Shown piece by piece: positions 31,203 through 41,580 of a stretch of DNA of 64,000 nucleotides. The notes beneath the pieces were generated by a model. The model ran no database searches, was not told the DNA's origin, and saw only the letters and a list, made by a program, of their open reading frames with translations. A program made the translations under genes and the position numbers. Within the stretch, counting starts at the first letter, position 1. Each line of letters begins with the position of its first letter. This DNA is from Nitrospinales bacterium (GTDB taxonomy: Bacteria; Nitrospinota; Nitrospinia; Nitrospinales; VA-1): positions 1,536,001 through 1,600,000 of the forward strand of contig CBDCXL010000002.1 of the NCBI GenBank assembly GCA_965223795.1. The letters are read 5' to 3'.

Positions 31203-31706
31203 ATGAAAATCAGCTCCACCGTAGAATGGGCCATACATTGCTGCTCTCTGCTCGCCGGCTTGCCGAAGGAAACCAGCCTGACGGCAAAAGACCTGGCGGA
31301 ATACCACGGCGTGCCGCATCCCTATCTGGCGAAGGCGCTGCAGACGCTTTCCAGTGACGGGATTTTACGGACCGTCTCCGGCCCGAAGGGGGGCTACCAG
31401 CTGGCGAAAAGGCCGAACCAAATTTCACTGCTCGACATCGTGCTGTCGATCGAAGGAAAGGATTCCTGCTTCGAATGCGACGAGATCCGGCGCCAGGGCC
31501 CTTCCGCACTGGCGCGGAGCCCCTCCTACAAACGGCCCTGCCTGATCGCCTCGGCGATGTGGAACGCGGAAAAGGTATGGCGCCGAGAACTGGACAAAGT
31601 CAAACTGTCGCATTTGGTAGAACAGGTAAAACTCGAGGCCGACCCGCGGCAATTACAAAAGGGACGGGCCTGGATCGAACAAAGAAAAAAACCGAAGCAA
31701 AAATAA
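31203..31706 (+). CDS. Rrf2-family regulator, RsrR-like ([2Fe-2S] ligands E8/H12/C92/C113)
   Basis: VEWAIHCC, GPKGGYQLA, FECDEIRRQGP and PCLIA. Confidence 0.9.
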   Translation: MKISSTVEWAIHCCSLLAGLPKETSLTAKDLAEYHGVPHPYLAKALQTLSSDGILRTVSGPKGGYQLAKRPNQISLLDIVLSIEGKDSCFECDEIRRQGPSALARSPSYKRPCLIASAMWNAEKVWRRELDKVKLSHLVEQVKLEADPRQLQKGRAWIEQRKKPKQK

Positions 31707-32104
31707 TGAATTGGTGCTTCAGAATATTTTCAACGCAAAAAATCGAGCAGGCTGGGCATATATCAGTCAAAATCTGGCGCTTCCAATTGAAAGCTGTTCT
31801 TTATTATTTCGAATGGGTGCTGGGATTGGGACGTATTCTAATGATTCTATCTGTGGGATTGAAATTCGGAATCATTACCATCGTATTCAGCCCGGTAGCT
31901 CCTGTACTTTGGATACCTCTTTTCGAAATTTTCCCACTTGAAGAAACGCTAGGCCGAAGCACGCTTGGAACGGATATCGATTTCGGAAGTTTTCAACTCT
32001 TCTGTTGTCTGCTACTCACCTTTGAGTTGTTTTATCTTTGGTCGCTCTCGAAGAACAAACTCATCTTAAGGAAAAACCTCTCCAAAAACGCATCTCAAGA
32101 ATAA
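31706..32104 (+). CDS. Small membrane hypothetical protein
   Basis: ATG overlaps the rrf2 stop; hydrophobic segments; lower GC. Confidence 0.45.
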   Translation: MNWCFRIFSTQKIEQAGHISVKIWRFQLKAVLYYFEWVLGLGRILMILSVGLKFGIITIVFSPVAPVLWIPLFEIFPLEETLGRSTLGTDIDFGSFQLFCCLLLTFELFYLWSLSKNKLILRKNLSKNASQE

Positions 32105-32145
32105 AGCTCTCCCTACCTGCAATCTGAATTGCAGGAATTAAACAA

Positions 32146-33657
32146 TCAACGCAGAAAATCGAGCAGGCTGGGTTGCAATATTCTTGCGAGTGTGGCGTTG
32201 AGGGCGAGTTCGAGCGCCGCCAGCTCGGAGGCGCTTTTGATGGGATCGGAATCTTCGGTGTTGGAGAGCTGCAGGTTCTGATCGACGATGTCCTGGTCGA
32301 GCACGGTGTCGGTGGCTTCGACGTTCCTGAGCGTTGCGCCGACGACGGCGCGCGTCTCGTTGACCGAGTCGAGCCCCTTGTCCAGGTTCTCCAGCCCGGC
32401 GAGGATCGCCGCGGGATCGTTGGCGGCGAGCGCCCGCTGCAGCTGGATCAGGGTGTCCAGCACGTTGCGCCCGCCTCCCAGCCCCAGGTCGGCGGCGGTG
32501 GTGCCGGTGCCGATGTCGTTGGCGATGGCGACGGTGGCCGGGTCGTTGGAGTTGATGGTGAGCGCGTTGCCCCGGCTGTTGATGCTGGCGGTGATGTTGA
32601 CGCCGGATGCGTTGATGAGGTTGATCACGTCGCCGACGGTGGCGGCGGAACTCAGGGTCACGGTGGCCGAGGCCGCGCCGTTGGTCAGATTGATGTCGTT
32701 CAAAGTGAGCCCGGCGCCGTTGTTGAGGTCGGCGATCGGCGTGGATGCCGTCACCAATCCGTTGAGGTCGAGGCCGGTGAGGTTGCCGTCGCGCTGACCG
32801 GTGATGCCGAGGCTTTGGGCGGTGGCGCCGCCGGACACTTCGGCGACGCTCAACGACTGGGTGACGACGCTTGAGGTGTCGGTGAGCGTGAGCCCGTTGC
32901 GGCCGCTGTTGAGGCTTGCCGTGACGTTGAGTCCCGCGGCGTTGATCGCCGAGATCACGTTGCCCAGGGTCTGCCCCGCGCTGACGGTGATGGTGGCGCT
33001 GTTGCCGCCGCGGTCGTTAATAGTGAACTGGCCCGCCGGGACGCCGCTGCCGCCGTTCAGATCGGAGAGCAGCGTCGAGGTGGTGATGAGCGGGTCGAGG
33101 TCGGTGCCGAACACCTCCGAGCCGGGCAGGATGACGCCCACCTGGGTGCCGCGCGCGATCTCGATGTTGACGCGGTCGGTGTCGCCCAGATACACGGCGC
33201 CGGAAGCGCTGGTCTGAAACGGCGCGGTGCGGGTTTTGCTGCCGCCGAAGATGTAGAGGTTTTTCACCTGCGTGTTGGCCGATTCCAGGACCTGGGTGAC
33301 GAGCTTGTCCACTTCCGCAGCCGCGAAGCCGCGGGTCAGCGACGTCGCCGTGCCGCCCAGTTCGCTGATCGCCAGCTCTTTGGCGCGCGTCAGCGCCAGT
33401 CCGGCGGACTGCAGCGCCGAGTCGGTGCTCTGGATGAAGATGCGGTTGTTGTCGATGTTGCGGATGAACTGCTGCGACTGGCCGATGCCGGTGCGCAGGG
33501 CCAGCGAGTTGCGGATGCCGGAAGGGTCGTCGGAGGGCTTGCGGATGCGCTTGCCCGAGGCGATCTCGGTCTGCGCCTTGAACAGGTCTTCGGTAATGCG
33601 GAAGATGTTGGTCAGGACCGTGCTGCGGATCGCCTGGCTGGTCACCCGTTCGACCAT
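32146..33657 (-). CDS. flgL: Flagellar hook-associated protein 3
   Basis: SGKRIRKPSDDP and YIFGG; ends SLLDFLR; follows flgK. Confidence 0.92.
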   Translation of the reverse strand: MVERVTSQAIRSTVLTNIFRITEDLFKAQTEIASGKRIRKPSDDPSGIRNSLALRTGIGQSQQFIRNIDNNRIFIQSTDSALQSAGLALTRAKELAISELGGTATSLTRGFAAAEVDKLVTQVLESANTQVKNLYIFGGSKTRTAPFQTSASGAVYLGDTDRVNIEIARGTQVGVILPGSEVFGTDLDPLITTSTLLSDLNGGSGVPAGQFTINDRGGNSATITVSAGQTLGNVISAINAAGLNVTASLNSGRNGLTLTDTSSVVTQSLSVAEVSGGATAQSLGITGQRDGNLTGLDLNGLVTASTPIADLNNGAGLTLNDINLTNGAASATVTLSSAATVGDVINLINASGVNITASINSRGNALTINSNDPATVAIANDIGTGTTAADLGLGGGRNVLDTLIQLQRALAANDPAAILAGLENLDKGLDSVNETRAVVGATLRNVEATDTVLDQDIVDQNLQLSNTEDSDPIKSASELAALELALNATLARILQPSLLDFLR

Positions 33658-33706
33658 GATGCCTCCCCGTTAAAAAGATTGCACTCTGCGCTGGATAAAA
33701 ACATTG

Positions 33707-35386
33707 TTATGTCCGGTTGATGAGGGTGTCGAACAATTCCTCGACGGTGCTGATGAGACGCGCCGAGGCGTTGAACGCCTGCTGGAACTTGATCAGCCGG
33801 ATCATCTCCTCGTCGATGGACACGCCGGAGATGCTCTCGCGCCGGTTGTTGAGCTGCAGCAGCACGCCTTCCTGCTGCGCGACGCTGGCCTGGGCGGAGC
33901 GGGACTGCACGCCGATCGCCCCGACGATGGCGTTGAAATACTCATCGAAGGTGAACGCGCCGGAACCCGATTGCAGGGTCACGCTGTTGAAGGTCAGCTC
34001 GTTCTGCAGATCGGCGAGATCGAGCGCGTTGGCGCCGTCGCCGTTGGTCGTCTCGCCGGCGGCGATCTTCTGCGAATCGGAAGCCACGGCGCTGGAAACG
34101 GCGACGGTCGCGGCGGCGTTTTCCGACACCGAAAACGTGAAGCGGTCTCCCGCCGCGCCGGAACCGGTGATGGTGACCGCGAAGCCGCCCGCCAGGTTGA
34201 AGGCGCTGCCGGGGGTGAAGGTGAACGTGCCGGACGCGAAACCCGTGGTCAGGTTGTTGAGGGTGAACGCGTTGGAGCCGGTGAACAGCAGTTCGTACTC
34301 GTCCACGGACACGGTGGTCGGACTGGCGTTCGCCACCGACACCGCGGCGCTGCCGGTGTTGTTGATGTTGGTGAACACGCTGGGCGTGAGCGGTTCGAAA
34401 AAATTCACGCCGGTGCTGCCGTCGAGGCCGAAGCCGCTCTGATGCACGCGGTTGATTTCCTGCACGAACCCGGCGGCGAGGCGGTTGAGCTTTTCCAGCA
34501 CGCCCGCCACTTCCACGTCGCGCATGTCCAGGTAGCCGCGCAGGCCGCCGCCCTGCAGGGTGCCGGTGATGTTGCGCGTGCCGCCGGCGCCGTCGCTGAT
34601 GAACACATCGAGCAGCGACTTGTTGTTGCCGTTGAGGCCGGTGCTGAGCTGAAACACCGTGTCGCGCAGAACCAGCGGCGTGCCGTCGCGCAGGGTCAGG
34701 CTGATCTGGCCGTCCGATTCGTTGACGAAGGTGATGTCGAGCTTTTCGGAAAGTTCCTTTACCAGTTTGTCGCGCTTGTCGCGCAGGTCGTTGGCGGTGA
34801 ACTCGGCGGGCTCGTTGCCGAAGATGGCGGTGTTGAGCTTGGCGATTTCTTCGGTGAGTTCGTTGATCTCGCTGACTTCGTCGCTGATGATGGCGTCGAT
34901 GTCGCGCTGAATTTTAAACAGTCCGTCTCCCAGCGTGTTGAAAACGGAAGTGAGGGACTGGGCCTGCCCGAGCAGGGCCGCCCGTTCGGGCAATCCGCGC
35001 GGATTGGTGGACAGATCCTGAAACCCGGCGAAGAACTGGCTGAACTCGCTGTTGAGGCTTCTGCCCTGGTTTTCGTTGAACAGGATCTCCAGCTGGTCGA
35101 ACACGTCCTTGCGCACCTTGAACTTTCCGGTCGGGTCGCCTTCGGCCAGGATCTGTAAAAACAAAAACTGATCGGTGACGCGCTCGATGCCGCTGACGCG
35201 CACGCCGGTGCCGAGCTCCCCCTGCGCCACCGAGCGCGGGGTGTTGGCCTCGAGGATCACGTCCTGACGGGAATAGCCCTCGGTCTCGACGTTGGCGATG
35301 TTCTGGCCGGTCACCTCGATGGCGAGCTGCTGGGACAGGAGCCCCAGCTTGGCCGTGTTGAGAATGCTGAAGATATTGGAGGACAT
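33707..35386 (-). CDS. flgK: Flagellar hook-associated protein 1
   Basis: NIANVETEGYSRQ, NDLRDKRD and SGVSIDEEM. Confidence 0.95.
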   Translation of the reverse strand: MSSNIFSILNTAKLGLLSQQLAIEVTGQNIANVETEGYSRQDVILEANTPRSVAQGELGTGVRVSGIERVTDQFLFLQILAEGDPTGKFKVRKDVFDQLEILFNENQGRSLNSEFSQFFAGFQDLSTNPRGLPERAALLGQAQSLTSVFNTLGDGLFKIQRDIDAIISDEVSEINELTEEIAKLNTAIFGNEPAEFTANDLRDKRDKLVKELSEKLDITFVNESDGQISLTLRDGTPLVLRDTVFQLSTGLNGNNKSLLDVFISDGAGGTRNITGTLQGGGLRGYLDMRDVEVAGVLEKLNRLAAGFVQEINRVHQSGFGLDGSTGVNFFEPLTPSVFTNINNTGSAAVSVANASPTTVSVDEYELLFTGSNAFTLNNLTTGFASGTFTFTPGSAFNLAGGFAVTITGSGAAGDRFTFSVSENAAATVAVSSAVASDSQKIAAGETTNGDGANALDLADLQNELTFNSVTLQSGSGAFTFDEYFNAIVGAIGVQSRSAQASVAQQEGVLLQLNNRRESISGVSIDEEMIRLIKFQQAFNASARLISTVEELFDTLINRT

Positions 35387-35413
35387 ACGATCGGGCGGCG
35401 TTCCGGTTTACAT

Positions 35414-35917
35414 TCAGGCGTCGAGGCTCAGCATCTTGCCCTGCGGCTTGGCGTCCGGCAGCTTGCCGTTGGCGTGGTAGGGCGAGGAGGCGGCTTCCAC
35501 GGTGGAGTGGACGAACGCCATGGAGCGTTTCATGGACAGGGACGAATGGTCCATCAGGCCCTTGAGGCGCTCGTGCAGATCGTTGATGACGGCGATCTGG
35601 CCGAGCAGGGTCTCGCGCCGCTTGGCGAGCGTGTCGCCGATCGGGTCCTGCGTCATCTGGATCAGGTTTTTCAGGGTCAGGCCGGGACGTGTGACGCAGA
35701 GTTTTTCCTCGATCTTCAGCATCACGCGGGAGCGTTCTTTTTCCAGGCTCTGCATCTGATCCACCAGGTCCTCTTTCTTTTCCATGATGGACTGCAGCGA
35801 TTCGAGCGAATATTCGGTGATGCAGGTCCACTGTTCCTCGAGGAGCCGGATGAAACGGTCGTAAAGGCCGATTTTCTTTTCGATCAAAACTTTCAGTTCC
35901 TGCAGGAGCCTGTTCAT
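35414..35917 (-). CDS. flgN: Flagellar export chaperone FlgN
   Basis: Helical 167-aa protein between flgJ and flgK. Confidence 0.75.
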   Translation of the reverse strand: MNRLLQELKVLIEKKIGLYDRFIRLLEEQWTCITEYSLESLQSIMEKKEDLVDQMQSLEKERSRVMLKIEEKLCVTRPGLTLKNLIQMTQDPIGDTLAKRRETLLGQIAVINDLHERLKGLMDHSSLSMKRSMAFVHSTVEAASSPYHANGKLPDAKPQGKMLSLDA

Positions 35918-36339
35918 CGTTGAACCTCCTTCGGTTGCGCCAACGTGTCTGACTTGGGTTTGGTTCCCCCCGCTTGTTCCGCGTCCCCCCGGGCTGCGTT
36001 TTCGCTTTCGGTTTTTAAGCGGCTGAGCTGAGAGTAAAGAGCGTCCGCCAGACCGATCCCCTTGGCGCTGGAAATGTGCGCCGCCACTTCTTCATCGAAC
36101 AGAGACTGGTACATGTCTCCGGAAAAGCTCTGCATGAGCTCGGATTTCGGCACCGTCTGCCGCATCTCCTTGAGCAGCAGGTTGACGAAAATCGATTCGA
36201 ATTTCTGCGCCAGTTCCTTGAGCTGAGCATCGGATTTGTTCTCGACCTTCGCGGCCTCCTTTGAAAGGTTGCCGATGCGGTTGTCATCCAGCCGGGAAAA
36301 AGCGTTCTGCTGTGCTCCAGTGGTGGAAAGGTATTGCAT
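35914..36339 (-). CDS. flgJ: Rod-binding protein (FlgJ N-terminal domain only)
   Basis: FESIFVNLLLKEMR, MYQSLFD and GIGLADALYSQL. Confidence 0.85.
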   Translation of the reverse strand: MQYLSTTGAQQNAFSRLDDNRIGNLSKEAAKVENKSDAQLKELAQKFESIFVNLLLKEMRQTVPKSELMQSFSGDMYQSLFDEEVAAHISSAKGIGLADALYSQLSRLKTESENAARGDAEQAGGTKPKSDTLAQPKEVQR

Positions 36340-36393
36340 AGCGTCCTTGTATCGTTCAAAACTACAAAGATTTACATCCAGAAACGTTTTATT

Positions 36394-36408
36394 GCAACCG
36401 ATGTGCCA
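36394..36408 (-). promoter_or_regulatory. Sigma-54 (-24/-12) promoter of flgJNKL
   Basis: TGGCACATCGGTTGC on the minus strand (GG-N10-GC), about 55 nt upstream of the flgJ ATG. Confidence 0.8.
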
Positions 36409-36647
36409 AATGCCGCATTTTTGCGGCCCCCGTGCGGGACGCGGGCACAAGCGTTGAATTTGAAAGGTTTTTTTAATCCGAAACGGCGGCTGTGGGCCGG
36501 ATTGCCGCCGGTTGCGCGGTGCGTGAGGCGCTTTGGATGGAGGTTTTTCCCAGGCGGTGCGGGAAAAATTTTCCCCCTGCGGTAAATACGGGCCGGGTGC
36601 GGAGCCGGCGGGGCCGCCTGTGCGGCGGACGTGTTTGCGGCTTAAAA

Positions 36648-37769
36648 TCAGATGATTTCCAGCTCGGCGTGCAGGGCGCCCGCCACTTTGATGGCCTGCA
36701 GGATGGCGATGAGGTCGCGCGGCGTCACGCCGATGGCGTTGAGCCCGTTGACCACCTCGCCCAGCGACACGCCTTTGGGGACGACCAGCAGCCTGTCCTC
36801 GCCTTCCTGGACGCGCAAGCGGGTGCGCGGCACCACGACGGTCCGGCCTTTCGGCGACAGCGGCGGCGGCTGCGAGACGATGGGTTCTTCGGTGATCTGG
36901 ATGAACAGGTTGCCGTGCGCGACGGCGACGGCGGAGATCTTCACGTTCTCGCCCATGACGATGGTGCCGGTGCGCTCATCAAGAATCACGCGCGCGATGG
37001 TGTCCGGCTCGACGTTGAGCGATTCGATGCGGGTCAGAAACTGGGAGGTGCGGTCCTTGTAAAACGGCGGCACGGCGACGCGGATGGTGCGCCCGTCGAC
37101 GATGCTGGCCAGCATGTCCTTGAGCGTGTCGTTGATGACCTGGGTCATGCGGCTGGCGGTGGTGAAATCGGTCTTCTTGAGGGTGAGGAAGATCTCCTCC
37201 TTGGAGTTGAAGTCGTTGTGCAGTTCGCGTTCGATGAAGGCGCCGTTGGCGATGCGGCCGACGGTGAGGTGGTTTTTCTGCACGCCGCGCGCCTGCCCCT
37301 GCACCGAGAATCCGCCGATGGAAATCGCCCCCTGCGCCACGGCGTAGGTGTTGCCGTCCGGCCCCTTGAGCGGGGTCATGAGCAGCGTGCCGCCCTGCAG
37401 GCTCTTGGCGTCGCCCATCGAGGACACCATGACGTCGATCTTGTCGCCCTGGCGGGCGAAGGCGGGATAATCCGCCGTCACCATGACGGTGGCGACGTTT
37501 TTGAATTTCAACTGGTCCACCTCCGTGTCGGGCACGGTGATGCCCATCTTGGTGAGCATGCTGACCAGGGTCTGGATGGAGAAGAACACGTTGGTGGCGC
37601 TGTCGCCGGTGCCGGCCAGACCGATGATGAGGCCGAAGCCGATCAGCTGGTTGCTGCGCACGCCGCGCACGCTGGCCAGATCCTTGATGCGCACGGCGTG
37701 GGCGGTTTCGGAGAGGAAGAAGAACAGCAGGCAGGCGATCAGCACTTTGACGCGGACGGATACGAACAT
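36648..37769 (-). CDS. flgI: Flagellar P-ring protein
   Basis: RIKDL, NQLIGFGL..GLAGTGD, DAKSLQGGTL and ALHAELEII. Confidence 0.95.
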   Translation of the reverse strand: MFVSVRVKVLIACLLFFFLSETAHAVRIKDLASVRGVRSNQLIGFGLIIGLAGTGDSATNVFFSIQTLVSMLTKMGITVPDTEVDQLKFKNVATVMVTADYPAFARQGDKIDVMVSSMGDAKSLQGGTLLMTPLKGPDGNTYAVAQGAISIGGFSVQGQARGVQKNHLTVGRIANGAFIERELHNDFNSKEEIFLTLKKTDFTTASRMTQVINDTLKDMLASIVDGRTIRVAVPPFYKDRTSQFLTRIESLNVEPDTIARVILDERTGTIVMGENVKISAVAVAHGNLFIQITEEPIVSQPPPLSPKGRTVVVPRTRLRVQEGEDRLLVVPKGVSLGEVVNGLNAIGVTPRDLIAILQAIKVAGALHAELEII

Positions 37770-37965
37770 AAAACAGAAGCTCCTGAAACGATGAATGCAG
37801 AAATTCACATAATAGAAGGGATTGCCTGTGGACTTATGAAAAACCGGCAAGCGGTTTTATCGCAGGGTCCACAGGCACAACCGCTTTTCCGATGTCATTT
37901 TTATAAATCTCCCTCACTCTGCATAAATTTTGTGAAAACCGGCTCTGACCATACATTGCAGGACA

Positions 37966-38709
37966 TTAAAACGGCCACACGAAGGTGAGGACACGCGTGA
38001 GCCAGCCGACGCGCTGCTCGTCGGCGACGACGCCTTCGCCGGTGTAGGTGATCGAGGCGTTGGCGATGTAGCGGGACGAGACGGTGTTGTCGAAGTCGAT
38101 GTCCACCTCACGCACGATGCCCCGCAAGACCACGATCTGCTCCTCGTGGTTCACCTTGACCGAACGCCTTCCTTCGATGGCGAGGATGCCGTTGGGCAGA
38201 ACGTCCACGACCACGGCGGACACGCGGGCGCTGAGACTGCCGGCGCGGGTGGTGGTGCCGCTGCCCTGGTTGCTGCGGCTCAAGGAAGCGGCGACGCGCG
38301 GATCGAAGGGATCGGCGGAACCGAGGAAATTCTGCACGCCCAGAGAGCGGTCGAGGCCGAACAGGCTCTGCCAGTCCATCTCCAGATCGGAATCTTTCGA
38401 CGTGTCGGTGGTGGCGCTCTGGGACGAGGTGGCGGACTCGTCGACGACCACGGTGACGATGTCGCCCACGTTGCGGGCCTTGGCGTCGACGAAAAACAGG
38501 TTGTCGGCGGTGTCCCCCGGCCACATGGCGCCTTCGTTGCGCTTGGGCGGCGGCACTTCGTACAGCCGCTCCGGAATCGTCGCCGTCTGCGGGTCCACGG
38601 CGCCCGGATTTTTGGCGCAGCCGACGGACGCGATCGTAGAGAGAACGATAAAAAACGCGGCGGTCCAACGCACTGGACTGTGATAGCTAAGGTAAAATCT
38701 CAACGTCAT
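37966..38709 (-). CDS. flgH: Flagellar L-ring lipoprotein
   Basis: Lipobox SVGC, KARNVGDIVTV, VLPNG and GWLTR...WPF. Confidence 0.93.
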   Translation of the reverse strand: MTLRFYLSYHSPVRWTAAFFIVLSTIASVGCAKNPGAVDPQTATIPERLYEVPPPKRNEGAMWPGDTADNLFFVDAKARNVGDIVTVVVDESATSSQSATTDTSKDSDLEMDWQSLFGLDRSLGVQNFLGSADPFDPRVAASLSRSNQGSGTTTRAGSLSARVSAVVVDVLPNGILAIEGRRSVKVNHEEQIVVLRGIVREVDIDFDNTVSSRYIANASITYTGEGVVADEQRVGWLTRVLTFVWPF

Positions 38710-38859
38710 TCCCCCATTGGATGTTTGTGGCCGGCCGCGGCCCTTCCGGCCGTGGCAAAACGTTTTTCCGGCAGTTTCAATCATTCCCACCTGATGCCGC
38801 CTGCGACCCAACTTGCGGCGGACAACACCCCATAGTGTCAATAATAGTTTTATATGGTT

Positions 38860-39588
38860 TTAAAAATTCACTTTCACGGTGTTGGCGTCGACGACCTTGC
38901 CGTACACCATCTTCTTGGTCTGGGTGTTCAGCACCTGAACCAAGCTGTCCTTGAATCCGGGCGCGCGCACGATCCCCGGCGCGGTGATCTTCATCATCCC
39001 CTTTTGCGCGACGATGAGCACGGGATCGCCTTTATCGACCAGGGGCGGACGCTTGAGGGAATTCAACGGGATCATGCGGCCCTTGGAGAGCGTGCGCTGA
39101 GCTTCGAAACCGAGCACGTCCTCCAGCCGGGTGGCGACCCGGCGGATCGGCCGTTCGAGCTTCATGGTCTCGACGCGCACGTCCTCGGCGGAGAGGATGT
39201 CGCCCCGCTTCACCTGATGCCGGGTCCAGATGACGTCGCGGTAGGCGGTCACGCGCGCCTCCAGACGCACCCGCCGGGTGTAGCCGCTGCCCACCTTGAG
39301 GTTGAGACTCAGGGGCACGCGGCCGATGGTCAGCCCGCTCAACGGCAGGCGGAAGTCAAATTCGACGGCGCCTTTTGGCAGGCTGAGATCGCCGCCGTCG
39401 TAGCGCACGCTGGGTTCCAGACCGCCCTCTTCTTCCAGCAGCCGGCTGTTGAGAAATGCCAGCGCGCGGCTTTCGATTTCCCGCACGGTCACTTTCTGAG
39501 TGCCCGCGGCGTGAACCATTTCGATTCCGGACAGCGCCAGCGCGGCCCAGATGAACATGAAGCAATGCAAGCGTTTGCGAAAATTCAT
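38860..39588 (-). CDS. flgA: Flagellar P-ring chaperone
   Basis: SAF-like domain, LVDKGDPV and VQVLN; position between flgG and flgH. Confidence 0.88.
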   Translation of the reverse strand: MNFRKRLHCFMFIWAALALSGIEMVHAAGTQKVTVREIESRALAFLNSRLLEEEGGLEPSVRYDGGDLSLPKGAVEFDFRLPLSGLTIGRVPLSLNLKVGSGYTRRVRLEARVTAYRDVIWTRHQVKRGDILSAEDVRVETMKLERPIRRVATRLEDVLGFEAQRTLSKGRMIPLNSLKRPPLVDKGDPVLIVAQKGMMKITAPGIVRAPGFKDSLVQVLNTQTKKMVYGKVVDANTVKVNF

Positions 39589-39600
39589 GGGGGCGTCCGT

Positions 39601-40389
39601 TTAACGTTTCATGTTGTTGGCGATCTGCAACATTTCGTCGGAGGTCTGCACGGTGCGCGAATTGACTTCGTAGGCGCGCTGAGCCGAGATGAGGTTCACC
39701 AGTTCTTCGACGACGCTGACGTTGGACAGTTCGAGGAATCCCTGCTGCAGCGTGCCGCGATCGTCGATGCCGGGGCTGCCGATGGCGGGCGTGCCGGAGG
39801 CGTCGGTCTCGATGAACAGGTTGAAGCCCTCCGCCTGCAGCCCGGCCTCGTTCTGGAACGTGGCCAGCTGAATGGTGCCGACGACCGTGGGCGCGGTGGC
39901 CCCCGGCTGGGTGACGGCAACGCTGCCCTGGGGATCGATGGAGATCGTGAGCGCGTCCGGCGGGATGGTCAGCGCCGGTTCGAGAGGTAAGCCGTCCGCG
40001 GTCACGACCTGTCCGGAGTTGTCGAGCTTGAAGGAGCCCGCACGCGTGTAAGCGGTGGTGCCGTCCGGGCGGGCGACCTGAAAGAAGCCGCGTCCCTGGA
40101 CCGCCACGTCGAGGTTGTTCTGGGTCTGGGCGAAATCTCCCTGCAAAAACAGCTTCTGGATGGCGGACGTCTTCGCCCCCAGTCCGAGCTGGGCGCCTGT
40201 GGGAACCTGGTTGCCGTTGGGCGACAGGGTACCCACCAGCCGCAGGTTCTGATACAGCAGGTCCTGGAATTCGGGGCGGCTGCGTTTGAAGCCCGCGGTG
40301 TTCACGTTGGCCAGGTTGTTGGAAATGACGCTGACGTTGAGTTCCTGGGCGTTCATGCCCGTCGCCGCGGTGTACAGGGATCGAATCAT
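39601..40389 (-). CDS. flgG: Flagellar distal rod protein
   Basis: [24 protein letters not shown] and [16 protein letters not shown]. Confidence 0.96.
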   Translation of the reverse strand: MIRSLYTAATGMNAQELNVSVISNNLANVNTAGFKRSRPEFQDLLYQNLRLVGTLSPNGNQVPTGAQLGLGAKTSAIQKLFLQGDFAQTQNNLDVAVQGRGFFQVARPDGTTAYTRAGSFKLDNSGQVVTADGLPLEPALTIPPDALTISIDPQGSVAVTQPGATAPTVVGTIQLATFQNEAGLQAEGFNLFIETDASGTPAIGSPGIDDRGTLQQGFLELSNVSVVEELVNLISAQRAYEVNSRTVQTSDEMLQIANNMKR

Positions 40390-40428
40390 GGATGCGTTCT
40401 CTTTCTAAAAATTGAAAAGGAGTCGGGT

Positions 40429-41214
40429 TCAGCCCACCCGGCCCAGGCTGTTCACCACCTGGTCGTCGGCTTCATCTATGGATTGCACCATTTTCTGATA
40501 CGCTTCGAAGGCCCGCAGCGTCATGATCATTTCGGTCATCTCTTCCACGGAGTTCACGTTGGAGGTTTCGAGAAAACCCTGCGACACCACCACTTCCTTT
40601 GGCGTCTCCGGCCGCGCACCGGACCGGAACAGGCCGTCGCCCTCTTTCACCAGCACCGAGGGGTCCGCAAAATCAGCGAGCCGCATTTTTCCCAGCGGCT
40701 GATTGGACAGCCCCTTGCCGACGGATATATTGCCGCGCGTGTCGATGGTGATGGTGCCGCCCTGGGCGGTGTCGATCTTGATCGGGTCGCCTTCCTCGTT
40801 CACCACCTTGTGGCCTTCCTGGGTGGCGAGGAACCCGTCGGCACTGAGCTTGAAGTTGCCATTGCGCGTGTAGCGGTCGCCCTGCGGCGTCTGGACGACG
40901 AAATAACCGTTGCCTTCGAGCGCCACGTCGAGGGAGTTGCCAGTCTGCCTCAGGGTGCCCTGGCGGGTGTCGGTGAAAAAATCGGTGATGCCGACGTAGG
41001 ACACGTCGAACGGGGGACGGGTTCCGGGAACCGGCAAATCGGGCACCGATGGCGGTTGCGCCGGACCGTTGAACGGCGGGATCATCTCGCGGAACACCAG
41101 GCCGTCGCGCTTGAATCCCATATTGCCCAGGTTGGCCAGGTTGTTGGAGATGGTCTGGAGTTTTCTTTCCTGCTTGAACGCGCCGGATGCGGCGATGTAG
41201 ATTCCTTCCTGCAT
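40429..41214 (-). CDS. flgF: Flagellar proximal rod protein
   Basis: SNNLAN..GFK, YTRNG and LETSNVN. Confidence 0.92.
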   Translation of the reverse strand: MQEGIYIAASGAFKQERKLQTISNNLANLGNMGFKRDGLVFREMIPPFNGPAQPPSVPDLPVPGTRPPFDVSYVGITDFFTDTRQGTLRQTGNSLDVALEGNGYFVVQTPQGDRYTRNGNFKLSADGFLATQEGHKVVNEEGDPIKIDTAQGGTITIDTRGNISVGKGLSNQPLGKMRLADFADPSVLVKEGDGLFRSGARPETPKEVVVSQGFLETSNVNSVEEMTEMIMTLRAFEAYQKMVQSIDEADDQVVNSLGRVG

Positions 41215-41240
41215 GAGCACCTCCCTCCGCTTTGACTCAA

Positions 41241-41255
41241 GCAAACTCTATACCA
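41241..41255 (-). promoter_or_regulatory. Sigma-54 promoter of flgFGAHI
   Basis: TGGTATAGAGTTTGC on the minus strand (GG-N10-GC), upstream of the GGAGG RBS of flgF. Confidence 0.7.
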
Positions 41256-41580
41256 AAGGCCTTGATTTTCGCCGCCTTGCCGCCGGAGGGGAGAAACCGG
41301 CCCGAACCCGCGGTTGCGTGTTTTAGCGGAGATCGTCCAGGATGCAAATTTTTCCGTAAACGCTGACAATCCAGGAAGTTTATTCCCGATCGGGCGGCAT
41401 GAAAAAAATCCGCACCGGCAGCGGCGCACCGCGCATCGAAAGCAAAGGAATAGACAAACGATTTTGTGCCGATAACCATCATCAACAGGCGGCTGACAGA
41501 AAATTTCCGCAGAGGTGGTATAATCCTTCCTTTCATAACAATGATGAGATATTACCGACGCACTTATTGAGGATGTGACG

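Noticed and set aside
33704..39990. Long + strand ORFs (33704..35158, 36492..37988, 38854..39990)
   Set aside because: Antisense shadows of high-GC flagellar genes, with no recognisable motifs.
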